IMG/VR virus record: IMGVR_UViG_3300042557_001040
Span: 1 to 64,000 of that record
Strand: one strand, 5' to 3'
DNA from: a virus
DNA: 64,000 nucleotides
A model generated the notes under the pieces. It searched no databases. It had not been told where the DNA came from and saw nothing but the letters and a program-made list of their open reading frames with translations. Position 1 is the first letter of the stretch, and every line of letters starts with the position of its first letter. The translations under genes were made by a program, and so were the position numbers. Below are positions 50,501 to 57,111 of this stretch, in pieces.

Positions 50501-53500
50501 GATGTTGCATTTCTATGTTTAGGATTTGCTCTTAATTGAGAATCATCTATTTTTAAATAGTTTTTAATAGCATAGTCAGCATACTCTTCTCTAGACATTT
50601 TAGATAAATCTACACCTTCTGCTTTGGCAATTTTAGCTAACTCATAAGATGCACTCCAACCGAATAGTTTTTTTCTTCTTTCTATATCAGCTTTAGCATC
50701 TGTAACAACAGGAGCTACATCAGGTTTTAATCTACCTTCTTTTATGTATTCATTAAACTGTTCTTTACTCCATACTCCTTTAGACTTATTTTTTGTATTT
50801 TCAAACTGGATATCTCCTTTCTCACTAAATCCTCTAATTACATAGTTTTGTCCAGAGTCAGAGGTAAATGTATCACCAACTTTTGGAGTTGTAGAAACAG
50901 GAGCTCCTTCTGTTGGGGTTACTGTAGGTTTTTCTGCAGTCTCATCTAATTTATCAGCAACAACTTTGGCCTCTTCTTCTGTAGCATACCCTTTGGCTAC
51001 AGTGGCCCCCGTAGGACTAACCACCGTAAATGTTTCATCTTCTTTTACTACAACATGCTTTTTTTCTTCCTTATCTACATCAGCAGCTTTATAAACTTCA
51101 TCAATATGATCTTTTTTAAATAATTCACTAACTTCTTTATGAGCAGAAATCATTGAATTAATTACCAAGTTCATATTATAAGGATCAGCAAGTAAATTTA
51201 CAGCATCTACATATGCTTTATTATCTTTATTAAGACGAATGTAATCTATGATGTTTATAAAGTTTGCATCTACATCTTCTTTAGATACAACAGCCTTATT
51301 CTTAGACCTTTCATTATAAAGATTTATAAGATCAGCATAGCTCTCATAAGCTCTTTTTTCAGCAGCAGGAGAATAAGACTCATCAGAATTATCAACTATA
51401 TCCTGGTAAGAGCTTTCCCATTTTTTTGCTAAGGCAAGTTCTTTTTTCTTTTGTTTTAATATTTCTTTTAAATCAGGAGTGAGCGTGTCCGTAGATTCAT
51501 AGTTTTTAATCTCTGCTTCAAGATTCTTTACATGATCATTAAGTGCTTCTTCACTGCCCATTTTAGTGAGCACTTCTAAACTTGAAGCACCAATATTTTT
51601 ATTTTTAGAAATCTCTGTTTGTAAAGAAGCAGCCCTTATAACAGCTTGTTTTGCTTTATGAACATTAGTAGCAAGTATCTCTATAGCATCTTCTAGTGCT
51701 TTCTTTGATATCTTTGCTTGCGCATATTCTTCAGGGGTATTATATTTATATAACTCAGGAAGCACCTTATCACCATACTTATCTTTTAAATTTTCATAAG
51801 TGGTGTAATATTCATCCATTTGATTTGCAATGTTTTCCATAAAGGATTTTACATTGCCTCTATTTTTTTCTGTAGCATCAATTCCATATGCATCTTTAAA
51901 TTCCTCATCTGTCATGTTAGAACCAGCTCTTTTAATAGTGTCTCTAACAGTTTCAAACATGTTTAATTTAATAGCACTACTTACAGTTTTTGCAAAAGCA
52001 GAATCCTTTGCATTATAAAAAACATATTTATTATGATTTTTAGCTGCCTCATCCATTGTCTCAGCAGCTTTATTATTTATCTTAACATTTGCAATCCACT
52101 CTTTTTTAAATTGTGTGGGATCTGCATATAGAGAATTAACAAGAGCAATGCTTTCCTTTGCTCTTTCTTTTCTTGTTAAATAATCAGGATCTTCTTTTTT
52201 CTTTCTACTCTCTTCTATAGACTGATTAACCTTACTAATAATTTTAGTGCCAGGAGATATTAATGCACCAGTTAACGCGCCCATTAAGAATGTTCGCATA
52301 CCTTCAGAGCTGGTAATAGGATTTTCTATACTGTCTATAATGCGTTGCATCTTTCCACTATGCCCCTGTTTACCATGATAAAGATCATAGTAATAGCCGC
52401 TTAAACCTTTATTTGAAGCATCCTGTATAAGTTCTTGAACACCTTCCAATCCTTCTATTCTGGTGAGCCCCTTTCCTAACATTTTAGTAGCTTCCCAACC
52501 TGCTTTTGTTTTTCCAAAATCTTGAGCAATACTTCTTACAGCACCTAATTCTCCAAAGAACCAGCTTTTTGAATATGCTTTAGTCAAATCTTTTCCTGCT
52601 ACCTTACCTGTCACTTGGAATGCTTCCTCTGCAAGGGGTGCCGCTGCTTCATTAAAAATGTTTCTAGTGCGACTAAAACTTTTGAACATGTTATTAAACT
52701 GTAATCTATTCATTACAGAAATAACACCTACGTTTGTCCAAAAATTGTCATGAGAGGCATCTTCTGCCTTTTTATTTATTTTTTCAAGGTCGTCTCCATC
52801 TGGATTTTTTCCATTGGCTTCTATATATTCATTTACAAGTTTATCTCTTAATTCTTTAAATGTACTAGCCGCTTCAAATATTGATTCAGAACGTGCCATG
52901 TTAAATTCACTAAGTGCACGTTTTACCCCACCTAGAGTAGTCATTGCTAATTGTCCATACCCTGCGCCAGCTTTACCAAGCTTATAAAGATCTTGAAATC
53001 CACTATATAAAGGAACAATAGTTCTAGCAGCATTATTGAATGCATTAGTGACTCTTGCAGAACTAGTTACAATTTCTGTAGCTTTGTTAACATCATTAAC
53101 AATTTCACCTAATGTTGTAGCAGTTTTTACACCTCTTGCAATATTTAATCCTTTTAAACCTGCACCAACTATATTTCCAAGACCTGCTGTAAGATATGTT
53201 TCTAAAGCAAATTGTGCCATGGCACCTACAGTAAATCCAGCTTGCTGAAACATATTACCAAAGAACTGACGATTAAAATATCCATCTTTAGACTCCGCTG
53301 TATCAAATATTGCATATTTATTAAAGATGTCTTCCTGTTCTTTAGCTATATCATATCTCTCTTCAGGGGTTCCCATTAGTTTGGTAGAATCCCATGTAGA
53401 CAAAGCTTGAGCCATTCTTGCCCATCCTTTCCATCCTTCAGCAAACGTGTTTACAGCAATTTCACCAAATCCACCAAGTGCTTTTCCAATAGTATCTCCC

Positions 53501-53970
53501 CAAGTCATAGCTCTGCCATATCTATATTCTTGTTCAGCACCTAAACTAGGAATATATCCAAATGTTTTAAAATCATCTGATTGAACATATCTTTCAAAAT
53601 CCTCTCCTTTACCAACACTTAATGGTTGGCTTATTGCAGAATAAGTTGGAGCACCATTGATTGCTTCAGAAAGCTTTTGTGTATTTTTCTGAGGATCAAA
53701 ATAAAAAGGAGAAACATTCCCCCCACTTCCTTCCAGTCCAGAAGGGTAGTTATTTAAAAGATTTTTTGTAGCATCTAAGTAAGCATTTGTTTCATTGATC
53801 AAATCAGTGATGCTTTTTCCACCTACTGTTTTATAGGGAAAACGTGACTCTATAGATGCTTCATCCATTAAGTCTTTATTTACAGTATCTGCCTTTCTCT
53901 CGTAGTAAGAAAAACCTAAAGGAATGTCAGGCAAACCTATCCCTAACTTTGCTGGTTCTGGAGGATTCAT
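38581..53970 (-). CDS. Giant virion-packaged DNA-dependent RNA polymerase (crAss-like), with zincin HExxH domain
   Basis: RIPSQ and GADFDIDK (DFDID at 42322-42336), MTDNAK; HEAFH at 46939-46953 with downstream EEYMAD. Confidence 0.92.
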   Translation of the reverse strand: MNPPEPAKLGIGLPDIPLGFSYYERKADTVNKDLMDEASIESRFPYKTVGGKSITDLINETNAYLDATKNLLNNYPSGLEGSGGNVSPFYFDPQKNTQKLSEAINGAPTYSAISQPLSVGKGEDFERYVQSDDFKTFGYIPSLGAEQEYRYGRAMTWGDTIGKALGGFGEIAVNTFAEGWKGWARMAQALSTWDSTKLMGTPEERYDIAKEQEDIFNKYAIFDTAESKDGYFNRQFFGNMFQQAGFTVGAMAQFALETYLTAGLGNIVGAGLKGLNIARGVKTATTLGEIVNDVNKATEIVTSSARVTNAFNNAARTIVPLYSGFQDLYKLGKAGAGYGQLAMTTLGGVKRALSEFNMARSESIFEAASTFKELRDKLVNEYIEANGKNPDGDDLEKINKKAEDASHDNFWTNVGVISVMNRLQFNNMFKSFSRTRNIFNEAAAPLAEEAFQVTGKVAGKDLTKAYSKSWFFGELGAVRSIAQDFGKTKAGWEATKMLGKGLTRIEGLEGVQELIQDASNKGLSGYYYDLYHGKQGHSGKMQRIIDSIENPITSSEGMRTFLMGALTGALISPGTKIISKVNQSIEESRKKKEDPDYLTRKERAKESIALVNSLYADPTQFKKEWIANVKINNKAAETMDEAAKNHNKYVFYNAKDSAFAKTVSSAIKLNMFETVRDTIKRAGSNMTDEEFKDAYGIDATEKNRGNVKSFMENIANQMDEYYTTYENLKDKYGDKVLPELYKYNTPEEYAQAKISKKALEDAIEILATNVHKAKQAVIRAASLQTEISKNKNIGASSLEVLTKMGSEEALNDHVKNLEAEIKNYESTDTLTPDLKEILKQKKKELALAKKWESSYQDIVDNSDESYSPAAEKRAYESYADLINLYNERSKNKAVVSKEDVDANFINIIDYIRLNKDNKAYVDAVNLLADPYNMNLVINSMISAHKEVSELFKKDHIDEVYKAADVDKEEKKHVVVKEDETFTVVSPTGATVAKGYATEEEAKVVADKLDETAEKPTVTPTEGAPVSTTPKVGDTFTSDSGQNYVIRGFSEKGDIQFENTKNKSKGVWSKEQFNEYIKEGRLKPDVAPVVTDAKADIERRKKLFGWSASYELAKIAKAEGVDLSKMSREEYADYAIKNYLKIDDSQLRANPKHRNATSVQEVLDMVKADRASLSQTAKDAFESFYNAMLSLVNKPQIERYLAKNVRLLSGTKDSNSWLFFSINNGTNDKESVTHKSYFSLKNLNDFSPEMFKDFMIELQKRGYNGGVKIFQDLEVQGPALSDQVVMHGYSEADAKLALQVAKFFYGDKILESSYGKDEIIDGKSKSYSQILSDKIQREIDSKNVDAELTALEGAKPTDAAKTDRIIEAKFAEQETQFYIEVRGEKKDFLLTWSRNSNKPTLWGEKQPDGTYKPTLEYPSEKDVQDLVDKYVPKNLLSLINKWTDASKLPAGEVLDAQDKIAREIETELAALKKEKTPTGKDNHDILELPSKKRKLTPPTLKKGEVLVDSGKDGLFIISSNGEYEVAKSERNEETVALTYSTKEQALAARDAIIAKDTADFKKDRSYYPFAGTEIRAGLILVDNRTGKQFVVDTKGGPFYAKADEEKNNPLIKLLLLRNRVRQYGDAVIVSQKDFSNYTIKEKVEKYDTGEPVDKDVFRLYRTNELSGIYPHRKQGETEAEAQARMDDFLKKTNANDIKANTTIRIKQNTTIASSKEAGGKDKKTNPNLIQYSEKYQIQIVYKGEPIGYLRNYDTLRYITNGGVNVPMSDLTKNQFRSIFDLKGRGIEKQMLDFKNSFENSKKVYVALSSLAKPGQEIEISKEQLDKILSFEIGAGEFDFVPKGTGVSFEDLPNKTINGFYYILDRAKRYGSGYTFSNTENVITNAFGADRRKIEEEVKQVKNERDATQQLGRYVAVIKMDNGRIRFVELNTDVLEEEKFNDFIKQINERAKETKEKNLQETLTDKKEIVYQRKKVDFNEKLNSELAANLFISVPIEKKGMYIDFSVSDTGNLELTFYNMFEGKEIKRRKIRLYGSKLTDPVNIKDIDDLISKINSRIEEHDKAVIDQRDAIGFKLTRENFRQGTPDVSGYDDIKKLKTNLSEKMVKNIPLSVKASFSLPAPDIKTGVQTKGVAPAPAQSMQNNAGVPIDENLRARFLKEMGIGASPSVQEKEETPVEKTKLEETGLSPAQQIRDNIKKLEAEREIEAQKILEEKVKAGMRSGEALRLSNDEAVDLFKDRINAEKAKLNELRNSNRNMAPKVVNKPTFDATSVVNIDQFKKYVGRILGDIVSVEDMDLLATNLKNGNITVGRFLTYLQKLQNGKTQVRGRIEVGENSPFKYHEAFHAVFRLMLTDKEINKFLAYAKLEVKKELAKEGKTLASEIKAMRELHTIYADMTDAELENRYYEEYMADKFDEWKMNQDSKKILPGIRGLFQKIWDFIKGLFGKFTSNELTGLFREIDRGKYKNSNIKDNRFTKPDALSINEPALKAIKIGEDYVDDENGDIIPIDKYLPQQEGDQIASTIASMFHVRALNTETGKYNKKEILNGIIDDFLELYNPRGSRKEFYYDEQTKLMDIDPAQAKAYMNKLDQKFNIFYRKENRETLMEAVDVHLNIMGYQQELEDDEFTTTEEEFGTRVTTDNWKETHSIGGFGSLSKFLRQYIASTSYVIDRDEFGNTEMVNGEPLIQSVNANLVYGGILKAVANITDQKKFINRLLYLRDNNTETGKFLNKFFDEVGLVIDPNTGDFDITNPKQATLFQMVVKGFQQYTVDYIFMNKDIRNKGRVTRLMLANRMGAAKTQFTQWQNAYIHQFETPVLALKSEEERREFAKEKSLSFQELLSAHDPGVYFSDERLDDLSQDLSNRLKEDLGISLSPLYIKFSIAASKQPDLRTENQRRLAESYSEVGPMDLNGLKAIVKSIQALENPFAKNIDSLNDENMPITGEEDGEEEADSLGEGGNISRLNELAKGNAVFDETVSGTSYRNAEGELVYAHQLPTFHLVKINSLNDIDELNKIKLDDFLEQNHLLSSEDFKSLLGNLRVQRIEGMKSSILKENETGELIEDKTIQANQNEGITYGSFSDREFLISLLELYQYNKEHRGENGNRFMTSNHLIRVIEASNTGDTIALPVNKVVTSTTSGKVSLSQEAINIINKEVVREFNRIKKVRAEIKSGIYPDGEIQGYHYAVDGDGRRTDKKKPRGLKFYKMANMLGTELADELEQDSLDDAFDIASKNTKINSRIKEYWEKQIEDFVKLANDLGVVTVSKSEEGNEEEIQNNLVDDFLRIGFTKKENGKDVIDERRNDLLNIKPGNLRHNLGQILINDYINTLSINQILYGDEAKAFKDEIDIIKRARGANGSGPSLYSVVTSPELGITEAFTKSYMLTFTSPKFKANYAGGLKNKADAQSYQTVKSMRYTLHGLGQLTPAIAKILDKLEAGQELTEKEIFGSGGLKDMEAMFNSKKLVYFDGLQYIKTSTVMLTKEFTSMKVNGKWVAIPGSEELHELRERMEKFEKDNNTVVFAGDRESSKGIKRNIFDHSLGFQNAKDENFVKQDTNYWRLQLVNPSNKIQITDPSQAKQIILSEQEDSTPVTFMGRSTKEDGSQLTIGDIKKMYLSDVDQRVTNNYTRSRDEIFNIDSAYSELGKSMDQGKISPQLQKFQKRAVETLRSTGADSQLIDFFSLGEDGKPKYNLNNNITLDKYTQLFLAYFSKGVMSEKTPGHSVALMSNYGKQVVKIFTGRYDEEGNPIGTVVDERVIKQNPNRYIKNAKRWNNSIDRKFEQMKKGDIYVDDLRHNVPEYDKNGKIIGRYTEFIMPAHYAEYFNLKPGEPIPDHIAKMFGVRIPSQAKHSFVALRLVGFMPAYYGSTAIFPHELIEISGADFDIDKLYMHIYDTYVKDGQRFPYGTETSKEGKFEEYVRWNANNNKAFRDVLQELKETNPIYQELSKKYKEYKKLTKDLDEFRIFESVYFSEELGGKITADERQAIIDMGKKWVNEFKDLVKKLDGVEQKLIAQALGSLKLPSNVLDYAKSKKELNNGVLNNRILEQKLLMLTNEHVISGGSRSIAFEVASLTALTNLLDPNVAGNLIDLLSTENENGQKVLPTEIENILTEGGVDVDSIIGKYKAFKNNKEGSRNIGAAVNSMLTYAILNNFKINLRDTFKDAKGKKVKMYKIKINGHTFDSYSHSNSYNAATGKYDGEDRITNIISTLVSAMTDNAKERLAARLGLNMEALGYVSNMVAQGVPLKSSILLMLQPAVREYFELTKIASNNIKTNEESKIYKSQVAKKLFEKYKKLAGDDYVKEDLTDDIMVSNIKNNGSSAIYQASVLEDFIGISNQTKYFSDVAQVLKLVKGLGTSWEDYDGINNKIEKLGLRNQNDDAFEKFIPEGRKTPPPFDLRQVFMGYDESKQSHYISKWIKIADQINDLSKSMFLERTSVFKRIENIVKDNLSVRASLKDKFNVDLKRDLISYLSIKAYRKFLADRGRAGTLSTMTNALIYDEGAIAKGDKFSDIVDVIRTIRQKLPNNYIAKRFLNVISTTIVNAKGEAGLNPKNKDGFNKLESNTWAKLNEYQIEKLRDSFIEIYQSDIDFDGNGRNGRDMANALFNYLLVKDGGQFRSNSFIKFIPNFMFTDLMQSTGIANDVLKLNMVTTKNIDEEYKKVFGLTANDLFNEFMHIYTRHVGNGYYVRSMTLFAEPKFKDVGNKNVDGFEPKSVVIDGDKIKIDIFNGARIKEKQKAFTEEEESEITWMDDADYYTMLAEETEKFSQLDEEGKKEWIKKEEEAAKAKADSFKYSPDEKKRFAKNMDSLRAKGFYTNKKGEVVFPYIIKQSIKPEGKKYFENTFFVLKSVTKAQKQPKGSPKRMIQPGETVASGVKAVYQKIERKGSSKTFKAGEVFDPIPDTAKLPRYRKLTTNPSSYNPYYERAFSDPEKEEMWMINRGFVKPGETSVTQKKEIATAATKNVTGTPKEILAREGITFTFDTASKSFKFVGDVWDAIPDDAKKTVKTPGQLVYMLGYDITSSAPQIKGNETLGETPIVDENLTEEKAKELGVTDTALRNRFLAALGMGDNEKPSQASKNVPAVGSKEEKLGITDMEKRKEFERLMGFGSIKSDDTKLDDDNPLNDRCAQP

Positions 53971-53975
53971 TATAG

Positions 53976-56900
53976 TTATTGTATTTTAATTGAACTCAAA
54001 ATATTATTAAGTTGACCCATATCAGTTGTAGATAGCCCAGCTGGACTTCTTTGTTTTTGCTGGTTATAATTCATTCTTGAGCTAAGATACGGAACTAAGT
54101 AGTTCATACGTATAACATTTTTTAATTCTGGATAAGTCATTGTGGACATATTGTAAGGCAACTCAGTAGTAATATTGTCATTTAAATAGGCTCCTGTAGT
54201 AGGATCTTGTTTCTGTGCTGTAATATAAATCTTTCCGTCATCACTTTGAGTGCTGTTTGGCAGTATTTCCACTTTGATTCCAAGATTTGTAAAATCATAC
54301 ATTGTATGAACAGCCCCCGCATTTCTTATTTTAAGATATTCATTTTGATCATTGATCACTGCAAAGTTTTGAAGTATCTCTGGAATACCCCTTCCTGCTC
54401 CCAAATTAATTGGAAAAGTGTATGTTCCTCCCCAATGAGTTTCTTCTGCTTTAGTTTCATCCTTCTTAGCATCTCGTAAAGTTACTTCAAGAGCAAGTCC
54501 CTGATTATTAAGAGAAGAACTTGAATGCACCTTTAATGATGTGACATTTTTAGGATCTTTTAAAGCAGTTCTAATCCTGTCTATTTCTTCAGGTTTATCT
54601 AACACTGTTGCTGTCGTTCCTGATCCAGAAAATACAATTCCCGTATGTTGATAGGGACCATCAATTGTTTTTACCAAGTTATCTTTTACATCACCTGTAA
54701 CATCCCAAATAGGATTTGCTTTAAAATCACTATCTGCAGATACGTTTTGATCAATGGGTATTTGTGTGTAAAGTTTTGTCAATTTTGCTTGAAAATCAGA
54801 ACTGTTCATTGGGAAAGCAGCTTTTTCATAATCTGTATTAAGCGTATAATAGTAGCTATTATTTCCCATTTTCATTGTAACCTTTCCAGGAAGCCATGTT
54901 CCTGTTTTACCCTGATATGTACCAGGCTGAATTGTAACAACAGTTTTTCCATTTAAATAACCTTCAGCAATTAAATTTTTTAATTCAGGAGTAAGGGCTA
55001 CAACATCATCACTAAAAAATCTAGAACCTGTAACTTTAACCTGAGGAATCCTATCTAAACTTTTTAAAATATTTTCTTTTGTTATAACCTGCCCATTTTC
55101 TATCAATCCCCTATATTCAGGATTATTAGCAGCTATTTTCATCACCACATCTTTGGCTTTTTTTAACATACCAGCTTGTTGCTGCATACTTTGCAAGTCA
55201 TTTTTATGATCTTGCCATTGCATCAGTTGTTGTAAATTTTCTGGCTTTTGTAAAGCATTCCAACCAACTCCTGAAAGTGATAAGTCTAAAAGTTCATGAA
55301 AATCTATTTTACCAGGATCAACACCATGTAGCTGACGAAGCTTATTTAGTGCAGCTTCATTTCCAGTTTGTTTAGAGAATGCAAATAGTGAAGAATAAAC
55401 ATCTCTTAAAGCAGCTTTTTCTTTTTCTGTAGGAGTGTATTTTTGCTCGTTAGCAGTGGCTTGCTCATAATTTCTAAAATAATCTCTAATAACAGGCATA
55501 TAATTTCTGTCAACGCCCATATTTTCTAATATGCCAACAGCTCCTCCATTGGTACCAATAAGATTGTTTAAAGCATCTGCTCTTTTTAAAGCAAGTTTAG
55601 ATTGAAGCGTGCTAATATAATTTAAAGGACGAGATATGTCGCTAGCACTCATACCACTAAATGTTAGTGGACTCTTTTTTGCCCGTGTTGTAGTAGTACC
55701 ATCAGCATTAGTTACTGTTTCTGTTCCTTCTAATTTACCTGTAATAGGTTGGTCTGCTTTTTTCCAATCAAATATATCTTCTTTAAGATCCTGCCCTCTT
55801 TCTGATATATCTGTTTTTCTCATTGCATTTAATATTGATGCAAATGTTTTTTGTATTTCAATATCAGAATTTAGTGCTGAGAAATAAGCATCATTTTTCT
55901 TAATGGTTATTTTTTCAGAAGCAGACTTTATATTAGAAAAACTAGTTATATCCTGTTCTCTATACTGAGAAGAAAAGATTTCTTTTGGATTTTCTGTAAA
56001 AGATTTTATATATTTTAATCTTTTTTCCTCACTGCTCTTTTTATCTCCACCAAACTCATTATCATAATCTTGTTTAAGAGAGTTATACTGACCAAGATTT
56101 TGTTTTAAAGCCATTGCTCTACTAGTAAGTTCTGCATTTTTTTGTTGACCATCTGGTGTAGAAAGATCAATCACACTTTTTTCAGCTTGTATTTCTTTAA
56201 GTTCTTTTTCTAAATCACCTTGTATTTGTGAAATATATTCTTTCCTTCTATTTTTATATTTATCATAGCTGGTTGTAGCATATTCTAAAATTGTTTGTTT
56301 TTCATCTTTTTCCTGGGCTTTACCCTGATCTAAAAGTTGTTCATAAGTGGCTTCACCTAATATATTAGATTGTTGTGTATATAATGGATCACTAAGCAAT
56401 ACTTCTTGTGCAAATTGCCTATAGTTTTTCTTGAATTTAACACCGTCTTTTACACCTGTAATATATGTACCACCATCAATATCTTGGAATGTTTCAAACC
56501 CATAATCTTTTACAGCCTTAGTTAGTATTTCTTGAGGATTAATATACGCCCAAGATTTTCTACCCATCACTTTATAATTTGAAACATTTCCATTTCCTGT
56601 TTTTAAACTATCCAAATCTCTTTTAAGCCAGTCATATATTTGAGGATTAAATTTACGTCTTGTTTCTAAATCGTCAGAGTTTCTCCAAGATTCCATTTTT
56701 TCAAGCTCTTTTTTATTTTGAGCAGTATAATAAGCATCGTATATAAATGCTTTATCTGTAATCATTGGCTCAAACAAACTATTTGCAGCGTTAACGTTTT
56801 CTTGTAAAGAAAAATCAGAACCAGCTAATTTTTGTAGCTGCACATCTGCATTTTTAAAATACTGATTTCTGCGTTCTATATTAGTTGGATCTGTAAGTTG

Positions 56901-57056
56901 TTTCCTAAGAGCACTATAAGAACTTGAAACTGAGCTTAAACCTTTTTCGTATCTCTCAGTTTTTTTATCTATGACATATTTTAAAAAAGTAAAGTCTGGT
57001 GTAAATAACACCGGACTAAAACTTTGATCTATGGATGTTTGAAATTGAAGAGGCAT
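53976..57056 (-). CDS. Virion cargo/ejected protein
   Basis: 1026-aa helical ORF immediately upstream of the RNAP gene. Confidence 0.7.
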   Translation of the reverse strand: MPLQFQTSIDQSFSPVLFTPDFTFLKYVIDKKTERYEKGLSSVSSSYSALRKQLTDPTNIERRNQYFKNADVQLQKLAGSDFSLQENVNAANSLFEPMITDKAFIYDAYYTAQNKKELEKMESWRNSDDLETRRKFNPQIYDWLKRDLDSLKTGNGNVSNYKVMGRKSWAYINPQEILTKAVKDYGFETFQDIDGGTYITGVKDGVKFKKNYRQFAQEVLLSDPLYTQQSNILGEATYEQLLDQGKAQEKDEKQTILEYATTSYDKYKNRRKEYISQIQGDLEKELKEIQAEKSVIDLSTPDGQQKNAELTSRAMALKQNLGQYNSLKQDYDNEFGGDKKSSEEKRLKYIKSFTENPKEIFSSQYREQDITSFSNIKSASEKITIKKNDAYFSALNSDIEIQKTFASILNAMRKTDISERGQDLKEDIFDWKKADQPITGKLEGTETVTNADGTTTTRAKKSPLTFSGMSASDISRPLNYISTLQSKLALKRADALNNLIGTNGGAVGILENMGVDRNYMPVIRDYFRNYEQATANEQKYTPTEKEKAALRDVYSSLFAFSKQTGNEAALNKLRQLHGVDPGKIDFHELLDLSLSGVGWNALQKPENLQQLMQWQDHKNDLQSMQQQAGMLKKAKDVVMKIAANNPEYRGLIENGQVITKENILKSLDRIPQVKVTGSRFFSDDVVALTPELKNLIAEGYLNGKTVVTIQPGTYQGKTGTWLPGKVTMKMGNNSYYYTLNTDYEKAAFPMNSSDFQAKLTKLYTQIPIDQNVSADSDFKANPIWDVTGDVKDNLVKTIDGPYQHTGIVFSGSGTTATVLDKPEEIDRIRTALKDPKNVTSLKVHSSSSLNNQGLALEVTLRDAKKDETKAEETHWGGTYTFPINLGAGRGIPEILQNFAVINDQNEYLKIRNAGAVHTMYDFTNLGIKVEILPNSTQSDDGKIYITAQKQDPTTGAYLNDNITTELPYNMSTMTYPELKNVIRMNYLVPYLSSRMNYNQQKQRSPAGLSTTDMGQLNNILSSIKIQ

Positions 57057-57111
57057 ATAATAGAATTTAAGAAAAAATCTAGAAAGTTTAAAATTAAACT
57101 TTAGAAGTTTA
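57057..57111 (-). promoter_or_regulatory. Putative late promoter with upstream TAAAC-N7-GTTTA palindrome
   Basis: TTAAATTCTATT core; TAAACTTTAGAAGTTTA at 57095-57111. Confidence 0.45.
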
